From Lama guanicoe (taxonomy: Eukaryota), in contig MU053652.1 of assembly GCA_013239625.1 (NCBI GenBank), positions 3,833,902 through 3,897,901 of the forward strand: a stretch of 64,000 nt of DNA. Direction: 5' to 3'. A program made the position numbers and the translations under genes. The notes below the pieces were generated by a model that was given only the letters and a program-made list of their open reading frames with translations, was not told where the DNA came from and made no database searches. This document shows positions 27,343 to 38,904 of the stretch, one piece after another (position 1 is the stretch's first letter; each line of letters begins with the position of its first letter).

Positions 27343-27819
27343 CTGAATCAGAGAATGAAAACAAAAACAGTCAAAGAAGATAGAAATTACAAGATTTACT
27401 GTGACTTGAGACAATTTATTCTGATTAGATACGTTTTCTTTTACTTGAAGTGTGAAAAAAGAGAGTGTGCGGCTTAACACCCTGTTCAGCAGAAATATGT
27501 ACATACTTTTGTCCTAAAGACCTGCTGATATAAGGGTCTACCTCAGGTTTACCTCAGGACACAGTCATGACATGACGGTGAACAAGGTAACACCCTTCCT
27601 GATCTTAGCAATACCAAAGGAAGGGGTTTTATCTTATGCTGCTTATAATGATAAAGATAAATGCAGAGATGTCTTCTTATAGACTTTATTATATCATCTC
27701 CATGTTTAATGAAGAGGGCTTACATGACCTGCTTCTAATTTCTTTGACTGATATAATCATCATTCATGTCTCACTGACATAATTTTATCCAAAAATACCA
27801 CTTCAAAAATGTTGCTGAT

Positions 27820-28010
27820 ACTAACTACTACACCTAAAATAAACAAGTTTATATTATATAGCACAGGGAACAATATTCAATATCTTATATAGTAACCTAC
27901 AATGAAAAAGAATATGGAAACAAATACGTATGTATATATATGACTGAACTATTTTGCTCTACATTAGAAATTGACACAACACTGTAAACTGACTATATTT
28001 CAATTAAAAG
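27820..28010 (+). mobile_element. Artiodactyl-type L1 3' end
   Basis: tatagcacagggaac.atattcaatatctt..aattgacacaacactgtaaactgactata.ttcaattaaaa. Confidence 0.8.
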
Positions 28011-28829
28011 AAGTGTTGTCATTTCCAGATTTTCACTGTGATAAAAACAATAATTCTTAGTCCTGTAGTATTTTACAAATGAGGATGCAGTAAGAGCTTT
28101 TTCAAATATATCCACACCAGATGAAATAGAGATGCCGTCCTTTTCCTCGAAAATCATGGGAGATTATTTTAAAGTTCTACATCCCATAATTCTTCTGGGA
28201 ACATGGTCTACCCTTTCAAGGGACTGGTGAGTCATGCCAATTAAAACGAAGCAAAGCCAACCTATCACAATAAAATTTTCCAACTTTCTCCAAAGCCTGT
28301 ACTGTTGTGCCTATGTCCCTTACAGCAAAAATACTTCTACAAATAATACATTCTAATTTCTCCTGCCTGCACTATCATTAACAGAAATGAGATTTATCAT
28401 TAAAGGAAAGGAAATTTTTTTTCCCATCAAGTGGTACACAACCTCTTTGCTGAAAGCTACTGTTGAATACGTTTTGGGTTTTCCCTTCAGTTTCTTATAA
28501 TCTTCTTATGTTCTTAATATAGACTGTAATTTTCTATAGCTTTTGTCACATATCATTTACATAGGCTGGCGTTCCATTTGGATTCAACATTCCAATAAAC
28601 ATCTTAAAAATTTGGAGGTAGTATTTGAAACACAAGAAGAAACCTCTGAAACATTTTATAGACTAAATTTCTCATCATATATGAATGCATGTTTTGCAAC
28701 CTGTCAAAATATTATGTCCTCCGTGTACCACACCTGTGTAATAATCTTTCTTTGCAACCTACTAATTCTTCAGAAGAAATAAAAATGAGCAAAGGACCAC
28801 ACACCAAACAAGAAATGCACTGGCATTCC

Positions 28830-30255
28830 TTAAAGGAATGATCTATATTCAGTCTCCACTTCCTCTTCCTATTCTCTCTTGGAGACATTCAATCCCTTCA
28901 TCCTTACGGCTCCTTTGAAAACACTCTTGTCAATTTTAATCATGACCTCCAGGTTGCTAAATCTAATGGTCAATTTGCATCTTATTCAACCTGTCAGCAG
29001 CATTTGACAGCACTGATCACATGCCCTCCTTCTTAAATCACTTTTTGCACTTGGTTTCCAGGATACTACCCTCTTGGTTTTCCTCCTGACTTACTGGTCG
29101 CTTCTTAGACTTCTTTGCTAACTCCTTTCATTTCTCTAACTTGTAAGGGATAAAGTGCATCAGGCCTCAGTCCATACTCCCTATGTGATCTCTTCCAGTC
29201 TCATGGTTTCATATACTACTTATATACTTCTATCTTCAGCTGAGATCTCCCCTTTGAATTATGGACTCATATAGGCCATTTCTGTTTCTTTCCTGTTTGC
29301 CACCTGCTTATTCTGTATCTCCACTTAGTGGTTAAAAGGTATGACAAACTAAACGTGTCCAAACCGAATTCCTGATTCTGCCCTACTCTCACTCTCATAC
29401 CTGCTTCTCTTCAGGCAAGTGTCATTTCAATCTTTCCAGTAAGCAGACCAGAAACCCTGAGGTCAACTTGCACTTTTTTTCCTCTCACATACCACATCCA
29501 ATCCATCAAGGAATCATGCTGGGTTTACTTTTGAAATACATCCAGAACCTGACCACCTCTTACTACCTTTGCCACTGCCACACTGGTTTGAAGACAGTCA
29601 TTTCTGGCCTGGATTACAACAATAACCTCCTAACTGATCTCCTTGCTTCCATTCTTGTGCTCTGGAGTCTATTCTATTGAGTGACACTTTCAAAACATAT
29701 ACCAGATTATATCATTGCTTTGATCACAAGTCTTCATTAACTTCCTACCTCACTCAGAGTAAGAGGCAAAGACCTAATGCTGGACCAAAAGACCCCATGA
29801 TGTGGCTCTCCACTACTACTCTGACCACATCTCCTCTCATTCTTTCCCTAGCTTTTCCTCAAGCATGACTAACACATTCCTCCACACTTCAGAGCCTTTG
29901 CTCTTACTATTGCCTCTGCCCCAAAAGCTCTTTACCTAGACACCAATGTGGCTGTCCTTTCACTTACTTCAGGTCTCTGTTCAAAGGTCACCTTATCAGA
30001 GGAGATTTTGCAGACCCTATGAAAAGAGAAACTACTATATCCTCCCTAAGCCCCTAACCTTTCTATTTTCCTTAGTCTGCTCTGTTTTTTTCCATAGCAC
30101 TTTTCATCATGTGACATATGACATATTTGCTTATTTTCTTTTTCCCTCCATTATAAATAAGCGCTCTAGGGAATTTTGTTAGCTGTTATATTCCCAAGGC
30201 CTAGAACAATGCTTGGCACACAGCAGGCATACAAATTTTCCCTGAACGAATTAAT
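28830..30255 (+). mobile_element. L2 fragment (approximate bounds)
   Basis: L2 ORF2 and 3' motifs (gttgctaaatc.aatggtca..cagcagcatttgaca..cctagaaca.tgcttggcaca.agcagg..tgaa.gaat). Confidence 0.75.
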
Positions 30256-30354
30256 GTAATATCATACATCTGTTAATCATATTTCTAGTTTCATTTATTT
30301 GATTGTGTAAGAGTACTTTAAAGTCTAATTCTGTCGTCAAGAAATTTAACTTGA

Positions 30355-30676
30355 ATAAAATAAAATAATTTGACACAACATTGTAAAATGATTATAAATC
30401 AATAAAAAATGTAAAAAAATAAAATAAAATAAAATAATTTGACACAACATTGTAAAATGATTATAAATCAATAAAAAATGTTAAAAAAATAAATAAAATA
30501 AAATTTGACACAACATTGTAAAATGATTATAAATCAATAAAAAATGTTAAAAAAATAAAATAATTTGACAACATTGTAAAATGATTATAAATCAATAAAA
30601 AATGTTAAAAAAAATAAAATAATTTGACACAACATTGTAAAATGATTATAAATCAATAAAAAATGTTAAAAAAAAT
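30355..30676 (+). mobile_element. Retroposed pentamer of an L1 3'-terminal ~55-nt unit
   Basis: Five copies of aatttgacacaacattgtaaaatgattataaatcaataaaaaatgttaaaaaaa starting at 30367, 30436, 30502, 30562 and 30621. Perfect TSD aagaaatttaacttga at 30339-30354 and 30677-30692. Confidence 0.9.
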
Positions 30677-30779
30677 AAGAAATTTAACTTGATATCCTTG
30701 ATAAGGTATATTCTAACTCTGTCATCCAAACCCTAAAGCATTTGAGGAGTAGCAACAATATGGATAAGGAAGCCCTCAC

Positions 30780-30894
30780 CTAAGCAAACGTGTTTGCTGT
30801 CTCTTCCGGATAGATGGATTAGACTCAAACACATGAGGCCGTTTCCGTTTCTTTCCTGTTGCCACAGCAGCAGCAGCAGCCATTCCCACAGGAC
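30780..30894 (-). CDS. NRF1: NRF1 exon 3, 115 nt: (G)PVGMAAAAAVATGKKRKRPHVFESNPSIRKRQQTRLL(R), containing the basic nuclear localisation region
   Basis: Acceptor tttcag|GTCCTG, donor TAG|gtgagg. Phase 1 in and phase 2 out fit the neighbouring exons. Read by hand, since the ORF track shows another frame. Confidence 0.97.
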
Positions 30895-31949
30895 CTGAAA
30901 TAATAACATATTCGCTGAGATTAGGCAGAGCCGGTTAACTGTATAAGGCAGAAAAAAATTAAAGGTACAAAAAAGCAGCATTTATTTCCTAATAAATACA
31001 GAATGTTCCTGATAGCGTCAATATTATTTCACTACTGTTCAACATGGATCATATTTTAATTTACCATTAAAACTTACAATGAATCTTTTTAAAAAGTAAA
31101 TGACTTACACCTCCCCACCACATACCAGCTTGAATTTTATATAATGTTGATTTTTGTTTTGTTTTGTTTTGCCAGCATACCCATACTGTTAAGGAAGTAT
31201 TCTCAGAAGTGCTAGATGAAACTGTAGCATTGAAAGGAAGAGCTTTCCAAAACAAAAATGTTAACAGATTTCAAATTTCATTACCATCCCTGTGCCCCTC
31301 TTTCCATTACTCCAAGACACTGCCAAGTTAAGAAAGTCAGAGATAATCACTCATACTTGGAATTCCAATGACACCACCATCCCCTGTAAGAGGAATACCT
31401 GGAAGACTACTATTTTAATTGGAAAAAAATTTCTTATATATCTGAGAATTGTGCCCAAAATGGAGTGTTGACTACAAAGTCAAGTTGATAAAAGCATTCT
31501 GTGAGGAAAGAAAAGAAAGCTGTTTCACTCTAAGGGAAAAATGTTAATAAAAGTTGGTCTAGTTTGCCCTGAAACTAATGATTAAAATAGAGGGTAGGCC
31601 CTCAGGAATGATTAGTCTTTGACTGATGGAATCTCAACGTTTCAAGGGTATCCTTTTTTTTTTTAAATTCATATTTATCCTTATTTGTGAACCCTGTAAA
31701 AGGTCTAAATAAAAATTAGCTTTAATTGCTCACATTTATACTGGCATATATGTTCTATAAGTGACTCAATTAAAATAAGTCTCCCTAAATACCTAGACGT
31801 GCCCCTCTACATGTTATTTAGTAGTATACTCAGTATGACTTAAACAAACTTCTCTAAGGAGCCCCAAAGCAAGTAAAAAAATAAATTAATGCCTTTCCAA
31901 CATAAACAGCTAGTAGAGGAAAAAATCTTACTAATGCATTTTTCCACCA

Positions 31950-32320
31950 TTTAATTTTTTTTAATTATGGTAAGAACATTTAACATGAGATCTACTGTCT
32001 TAATAAAAATTTAAGTGTACAATACAGTACTGTTAACTGTAGGCACAATGTTGTGCAACAGATCTCTAGAACTTAGTCACCTTGCATGACTGAAACTTTA
32101 TTCTGTTGAACAGCAACTTCCCATTTCTGCACCCCAGCCCCTGGCAACCAAAAATCTACTCTTGGCTTCTAAGAGTTTGAATACGATACCTCAAATAAGT
32201 GGAACCATGCAGTACCTATCCTGCTGACCTTGTGTATTTTACTTAGCATAACACCCTCAAGGTTCATCCATGTTGCCATATATGGTAGGATTTCCTTCTT
32301 TTTAAAGGCAGAATAATATT

Positions 32321-32363
<43 letters not shown>

Positions 32364-32880
32364 ACATACACACCACATTTTCTTTATCCATTCATCTGTC
32401 AATGAGCACTTACACTGTTTCCACATCCTATTATGAATAGTGCTGCGATGAACACAGGAGTGCAAATATCTCTAAGAGATCCTGTTTCAATTCTTTTTAA
32501 TAAATATCCATCCGTAGATGAAACTCCTGGATCATATGGTAGTTGTGTTTTTAACTGTTTGAGGAACTTTCACACTGTTTTCCATAGGGGCTGCACTGTT
32601 TTATGTTCCCACCAACAGCATACAAGGATTCCAATTTCTGTACATCGTTGCCAATACTTAATTTTTGTTTTTTTATAATAGCCATTCTAACAGGTGTGAG
32701 GTGGTGTCTCATTGTGATTTTGATTTGTATTTCCCTGATGATTAGTGATGTTGAGCATAATTTAACACAATTACTTTGTTGGCCATTTGTATGTCTTCTT
32801 TAGGGAGGGGTCTACTCAAGTCCTCTGTCCATTTTTTAATCAGGTTATTTGTTATTATGCTATTGAGTTATGGGAATCCA
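31950..32880 (-). mobile_element. L1MA-type 3' portion, antisense, with (TG)n at 32323-32361
   Basis: taagaacatttaacatgagatctac..cagatctctagaactta. ORF-track peptide DEWIKKMW..EYYSAFKKKEILPYMATWMNLEGVMLS is the L1 ORF2 C-terminus. Confidence 0.85.
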
Positions 32881-35330
32881 ACATTTTATTATTTAGACTT
32901 TCAAATATATAGTAAAGTTGAAAGAATTTTACAGTGACTATTCACAGATCTACCACCTGGACTCCACCATTAACATTTTACTACATGCATCTTTTCATCT
33001 TTCTATCCATCCATCAACTCACACTGGGGTTTTTTGTCAAAAATGCATTTCAAAGTAAACTGATCCCCCAAAATACTTCAGTAGGAACATCCTTGGCTAG
33101 AGTTCAATATTTGCTTATAATTTTTTCTTTTGAAGTAACATTTACATATAATGAAATGTACAGGTCATTTGATAAATTTTGAAAAATGCATGGAATTATG
33201 AAACCCTAACCTGTACCAAGATATGTAATATTATCACTATAAAAAGTTCTCTCATGTCCCTTCCCAGTCAGTTCCCACTGTATCTCTTACCATAAGATCA
33301 TAATTCTCATTTTTTTCACTCTATGTTAGTTTTGCCTATTCTAGAACTTCAAATAAATGAAATCATACTGTTATATACTCTTCCACTTAGAATGTTTTTG
33401 AGATTCATCCATGTCATTATATGTATCAGTAGATTGTTCTTTTTTATTGCTGAATAATATTTCAGAATATCAGTAAACCACAGTTTATCCATTATCCTAC
33501 TGGTGGACACTGGCTATTTCCAGTTTTAGGCTACTATGAATAAAGCTGCTTAATTAGGTTAATTAATTAATTTACAAAATAATGCAATTCAAATAAAAAT
33601 CCCAGTGGTTTTTTTTTTTTTTTGTGGAACTTGATAAACTGATCTTAAAATTTAAATGGAAATACAAAAGGCCAAGAAGAGCCAGAACAATTTTTGGAGA
33701 TTTTAAAAATGAGGCAGGGGCATTCATCCTTCCAAGTATCAGTAGTTACTACAAAGCTATAGTCTAAGACAGTGTGGAACTGGATAAGATAGATAAATAA
33801 ACCAATGCAACTGACTAGAGAGCTCACAAACACCCTCCTGTGTCCGAAGACAGTCATGGGGAAAGGACGGACAATTAAAAATATGGTGCTGGGACAACTG
33901 ACTGTCTGTACGGGCAAATAATGAAAGTAGATCCATATATTAAATTATAAGTGAAAATAAATTCCAGGTGGATTAAAGGCCTAAATGTAAAACAAAAACA
34001 TCAATAAAACAACAACAACAACAAACTTTATAACTTCTCAAATAAACTACTGGAGAGAATTTATAAACTCAGGGTTAAGAAGAATTGCTTAAACAAGGCT
34101 CCAAAAGGATAAACCATGAGGTAAAACACTGACAAATTTCACAATAATATAAATCAAAACCTGTATGGATGGAAAGAAATAACAAAAAATTGGGGAGGGA
34201 GTGAGCAACAAACTAGAAGAAAATAACTGTAATACATACTACAGAAAAAAGGTTAATATTAAAAAAAATCAATAACTCTTCCAAATAAGAAAAGACAACC
34301 CATTTGGAAAATGGACTAAGGTATAAACAGGAAATATGTAAAAGAAGAAAAATGAATAGTCAATAAAGTTCTGAGATGATGCTCTATCTTGTCTTCCCAC
34401 TCTGGCTGGAATCTCTTGCTCAGACAAGCAAATTAAACCAACACTGAGGTATTATTTCATACCCATCAGACTGGCAAAAATGAAAAATGACTGAAAATAG
34501 CAAATGTGGTGAGGCTGAAAAGCAACAGGCACGCTAGTACAATGCCTGTAGGAATGTAAATTAATGAAATGATTTGGAAAGACATTTGGAATACCTAGTA
34601 AAGTTGAAAATGTGCCTATTTTTGCCCTCCAATTCCCCTCCTGGGTATATGCTCAAGCAGTGTTTTTTAAACAGCAGGGTTCCACCAGTTGGTCACTCAT
34701 GAGTAGTTTTTGTTTTTTAAAAATAAAATGGAATAAAGTGAAAGAGATCAGAACGTAACAGAGAGTGTGTCACTTGCAGTTGGGGAATTACTTCACAAGA
34801 AATTACTTCTGTTACATGTACATCAGTTTATTCTAGATCACAACATATTATTGTGGGACACTGCCAAAAGAAGTATGAAAATCAAAGTCAAGAGATTTCA
34901 CAATGTGTACAAGAAAACATATGAAATTATTTTCATTTGCAGTAATTGTAACAGCAAAAATTTATAAATAATCTTATAACTCAATAAAAAAATTTATAAA
35001 TAATCTAAGTGTTCTCCCCATATGTGAGATACTCAGAAAACGAATGAAATACCAAATAACAGTTAAAATGAAAACATACAGCCACATTATCAACAAAAAT
35101 TAATCTCAGAAAAATAATACTGAATGAAATAAACACTGTTAGAGAAATGGTAACAGAATGATACTATTCATATAAAATTTAAAACATGCAAAAACAATGC
35201 TAAATATTGTTTATTGATACACACACATATAAAAATATGAAAGAAATGCAATAGAATATTAAAGACCAAATTCAGAATAGTGGTTACTTCAGTAGATGGA
35301 GGGAAGGAAACAGGTTTAGAAAAAGCAGTA
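32880..35330. mobile_element. Ancient L1 fragments: antisense to ~33550, sense from ~33580
   Basis: Degenerate L1 3'UTR and ORF2 motifs with an orientation switch near 33550-33580. Confidence 0.65.
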
Positions 35331-36099
35331 AGCAACTAACTTTCTCTCTCCATTTACCTTACTTCATTATTTTCTTCAGAGCACTCAGTGCTTTCTGAAA
35401 TTATTTTGCTTTATTATTTGCACCTTTCTCCCTACCACCGATCTGTAAGCTCTCTTAGGAGCAAGTTCTTACCTGTTTTGTTCATAGTATCTATATATAG
35501 TAATATAGAGTATACAGTAATTCCTCAAATATTGTTGAATGGTTAAATGGTAAATCATTTCTATCAGCTAGACCTCAGTTTCCACATATGCCATATGAAA
35601 GTGTTAGATTAAGGCCCTTTGCTAATCTTAACACTATGGCAATGCAGTACAGTAACACAGCAAAACTATGTCTCAAAAGCATCTTCCTTCCTAGGAAAGA
35701 AGTTTTCCTGGATTCTTTATGTTAGGATGCCCTCTTCTGGGAAGTATTAAAATTTCAAAAATATATTTTAATAACATTGTATGTGTTTTATGTATTAAGC
35801 CTTATTTTTAAATTCACCATTCCAGAAATACACAGTGGATAATAACTGACAGCAATAAGTTTATTTTCACTGTAGATGTCCTCCTCCCCCTAAAATACAG
35901 CATATACTAAAAAAATGTAGTATCTGGCCATTCTTGATCATTGATTAACTGTCCAGCTTTTCTTAAATATCTTCTAAGATCAATGTTCCTCATACAATAT
36001 TAGACCCATCCAGGCATAGTTTACATGGAGTTTTCCACACTGTGCTAAATATACAATGCAAATAGCAAAGAAAATGGTACAGAATATAGCCCAGCTTTA

Positions 36100-37625
36100 A
36101 GTCATTTAGAGGCCCAGAAAAATCTCAAAACCTTACATTGGATTAAGATGGTCTAGGACTGCTAGTGCCCTCAGGCATCTGGCAGAAGCAAATAAAAATC
36201 CTCTCTAGAGGACTGTAATATTATTCTAGGTCCCAAATTATTTCTAAAAATAATTTTCCAAACATACCCATCCAGCATTCATTCAAATGTAACTAATACA
36301 TGACAAGAAAAAACAACATGGAACAAGAAAAACATTAACAACATATAACAGGAACAGACTCATAGGCACTTGAGAGTAGAATTACCAAATGAACTATAAA
36401 ATCATAATGCTTACTTTACCCATGGATATTACAGGTTTTTTTCCTATAATAACTAAAAATTGTGACACTGCAAAATTTGGGAGAAAAAAATTCTAAAACT
36501 AGAAAATGAAACAAAACTATTACCAAAACTAATAACTCAGTGGACAGGCTTAAAAACACCTCAGACACAGGTGAAGAGAACAATTAATAAACTAGATAAC
36601 AGTCTGAAGAAACTACATAGAATGAAGATATAAAGGACTCAGTGAGGAAGACTAACATTTATCTGGCATCATAAGAGGAAAAGAGATGGAATGGAAGGGG
36701 AGCAAAACTGAAGCAAAATGTAGTGGCTAAGATTTTCCAGAATTGATGAAAGACATCAATCCACAGGTTCAAGATGTTAAAAGAATCCTAAACAGAATAA
36801 ATGAGAAGAACTCCTGGATCCAGATGTATCACAAAAACTAATGACAGAAAATCTTAAAGCAGTTGGAGGAGGGGCCTGTGTGGGAGATAAAGGGACACAT
36901 ATTAGAATGAAAGAGCTGAATGCTCAAAGCAAGAATGGAAAACAAAAGACAGTGAAACAGTATCTTCAATATGAGAAGAGAAAATAACTGCCAATCTAGA
37001 ATTCCACACCCAGTGAGAACATCCTTCAAGACTGAAGGTTAAATAAAAACATCCTCAGATAAACAAAAATGGAGACTTTACTATTAGCAGATCCATGCTG
37101 AAGGAAATAATAAATGGTATCTTTAGGCAGAAGAAAAATTCTCAGACGGCAAGTTGAATATAAGAGGAAAGTTAACATTAACTATGTACAGAACAGAAAT
37201 AACGTCTTGTGGTGCTTAAAATACACAAAGAATTAATATACAGGACAACAACAGCATATAAGTCAGAAGCAGGGGAATGAAATTCAAGTGTTCTAAGAAA
37301 CTTATATTATTCCTAAAGAGGACAAAAGTATCAATTGCATAAGACTTTGAAATAAGTGAAGGATATATATTTCTAGGTGTACCACTAATAACAGAAGTTT
37401 ATATAAATTACAAACTAACAAGAAAAAAAATGAAGAAATCAACATTTTTCAATCATTCCAAAAGAAAACCTAGGGAAAAGTAAACAGAACAAGGGGGATG
37501 AAAAGAAAGCATATAATAAACATGATAAATTTAAACCTAAATATATCAGTGATTACTTTCAATGTAAATGGAATATATGCTTCAGTTAAAAGTAAAGAGT
37601 GTTGGAATGGATAAAAAAACAAAAC
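36100..37625 (+). mobile_element. Ancient L1/HAL1-like ORF1-region relic
   Basis: A-rich sequence with ttttccagaattgatgaaagacatcaatccacag.ttcaaga and aataactgccaa.ctagaattc motifs. Confidence 0.55.
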
Positions 37626-37829
37626 CAAAGTCCATATCACTGACAGTACATGAGTTTGGAACTTAAGTCTCAGTGTAATATAGGAACAGGTTATAAATGC
37701 AAAGTTTCAAGAAAAAAAAGTGACAATGTGATATGAAGATAAAAGTGAGTGCCTGCATCCTAAGCTCTTTCAGGTAAGCACAGTACCAGAGTTAAGTAAC
37801 AAATGACAAGCTTCTAATCCAAACGTTAC

Positions 37830-38052
37830 CTGCAGCAGCCAGATGGGCTGTTACCTCATCCGCCGCTGTAGAGTTGAGTATATCTGAATCATCATAAGAG
37901 GTGTCCTCAGGAGAAGAAGGTGAGTCTTCATCAGCACTCAGCATACTGTGTTCAGTGTAGGTGGCCACGTGGACCTGCTGTACTTGTTGGGCCACTGCAT
38001 GAGCTTCTATGGTAGCCATGTGTTCGGTTTGGGTCACTCCGTGTTCCTCCAT
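37830..38052 (-). CDS. NRF1: NRF1 first coding exon (exon 2), coding part 223 nt: MEEHGVTQTEH...TAHLAAA(G)
   Basis: Translation matches the NRF1 N-terminus. ATG at 38052-38050, preceded by a pyrimidine tract and cag/tag acceptor (exon starts at 38058 or 38061). Donor CAG|gtaacg at 37830/37829, phase 1. Confidence 0.98.
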
Positions 38053-38904
38053 GAAGATCTACTGCCAGAAAAAGAAGCACAGAGCTAGATTCAATGTGTA
38101 ATGTAATGCAATGCTTAAACTAAGAGATATATTTTCCTCAAGAGCAGAGAAACTTTGACAAGCCTTTGATTTTACTACATAGTTCACCATACCAAGTTAT
38201 AGGAAATGGGAAGCACCTTTCCAATATGACATAAAAATGGTAGAATATTTTCCTTGTGCGAAGCTATCCTGACAGAAATTCATTGTGCTAATTTTAATAC
38301 CTCAAGTCACAAAACAATAAATATCCTTGATATTATATATAATGACAAAAAGATATTTAAGAGATCCCAGTGACTAGCATTTGACATTGTAGACAAGTAA
38401 GTAAAATAATCTTTTCTTTGTACTTCAAACACAAATGGGAGTTAAACATTTTTTCCAAAAATGCAATTATTCAAATTAGTTTTTCTGCTTATAAACTGTA
38501 TTTTTAAAAAACCCTGAAATGATGTAGTAATTCATAAAGTAATAATAAGATAAAGGTTTGCTCTCCTACTGCATCTGTCCTCTCTTCTCCCTATGCTAAG
38601 CTACAGAGAAGTATATTATCCTTAAAATTTTTGAAGCATGTATGTATATGATTTAAAATAAAAACAGGTTCACAATACATATATTATTCTATAATTAGCT
38701 TCTTTCATATGACAATATACCTGGATATTTTGACATTGTCGAAACATACACATCTACCAGAACTTTCTAAATAGCTGAAGAATACTTCATTGTATCAATG
38801 TGCCATAATTATGTAACCACTTACTCAAATATAGCAAGGCTGCTTCCAAATTTCTGCTATTGTAAACATCAGTGCAATGAACATCCTTTTACATAAAACT
38901 TTGC

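Noticed and set aside
30355..30676. CRISPR-like array reading of the regular repeats
   Set aside because: The linkers are only variable AAAAT runs, not unique spacers. The unit is an L1 tail, the context is a mammalian intron and there are no cas genes.
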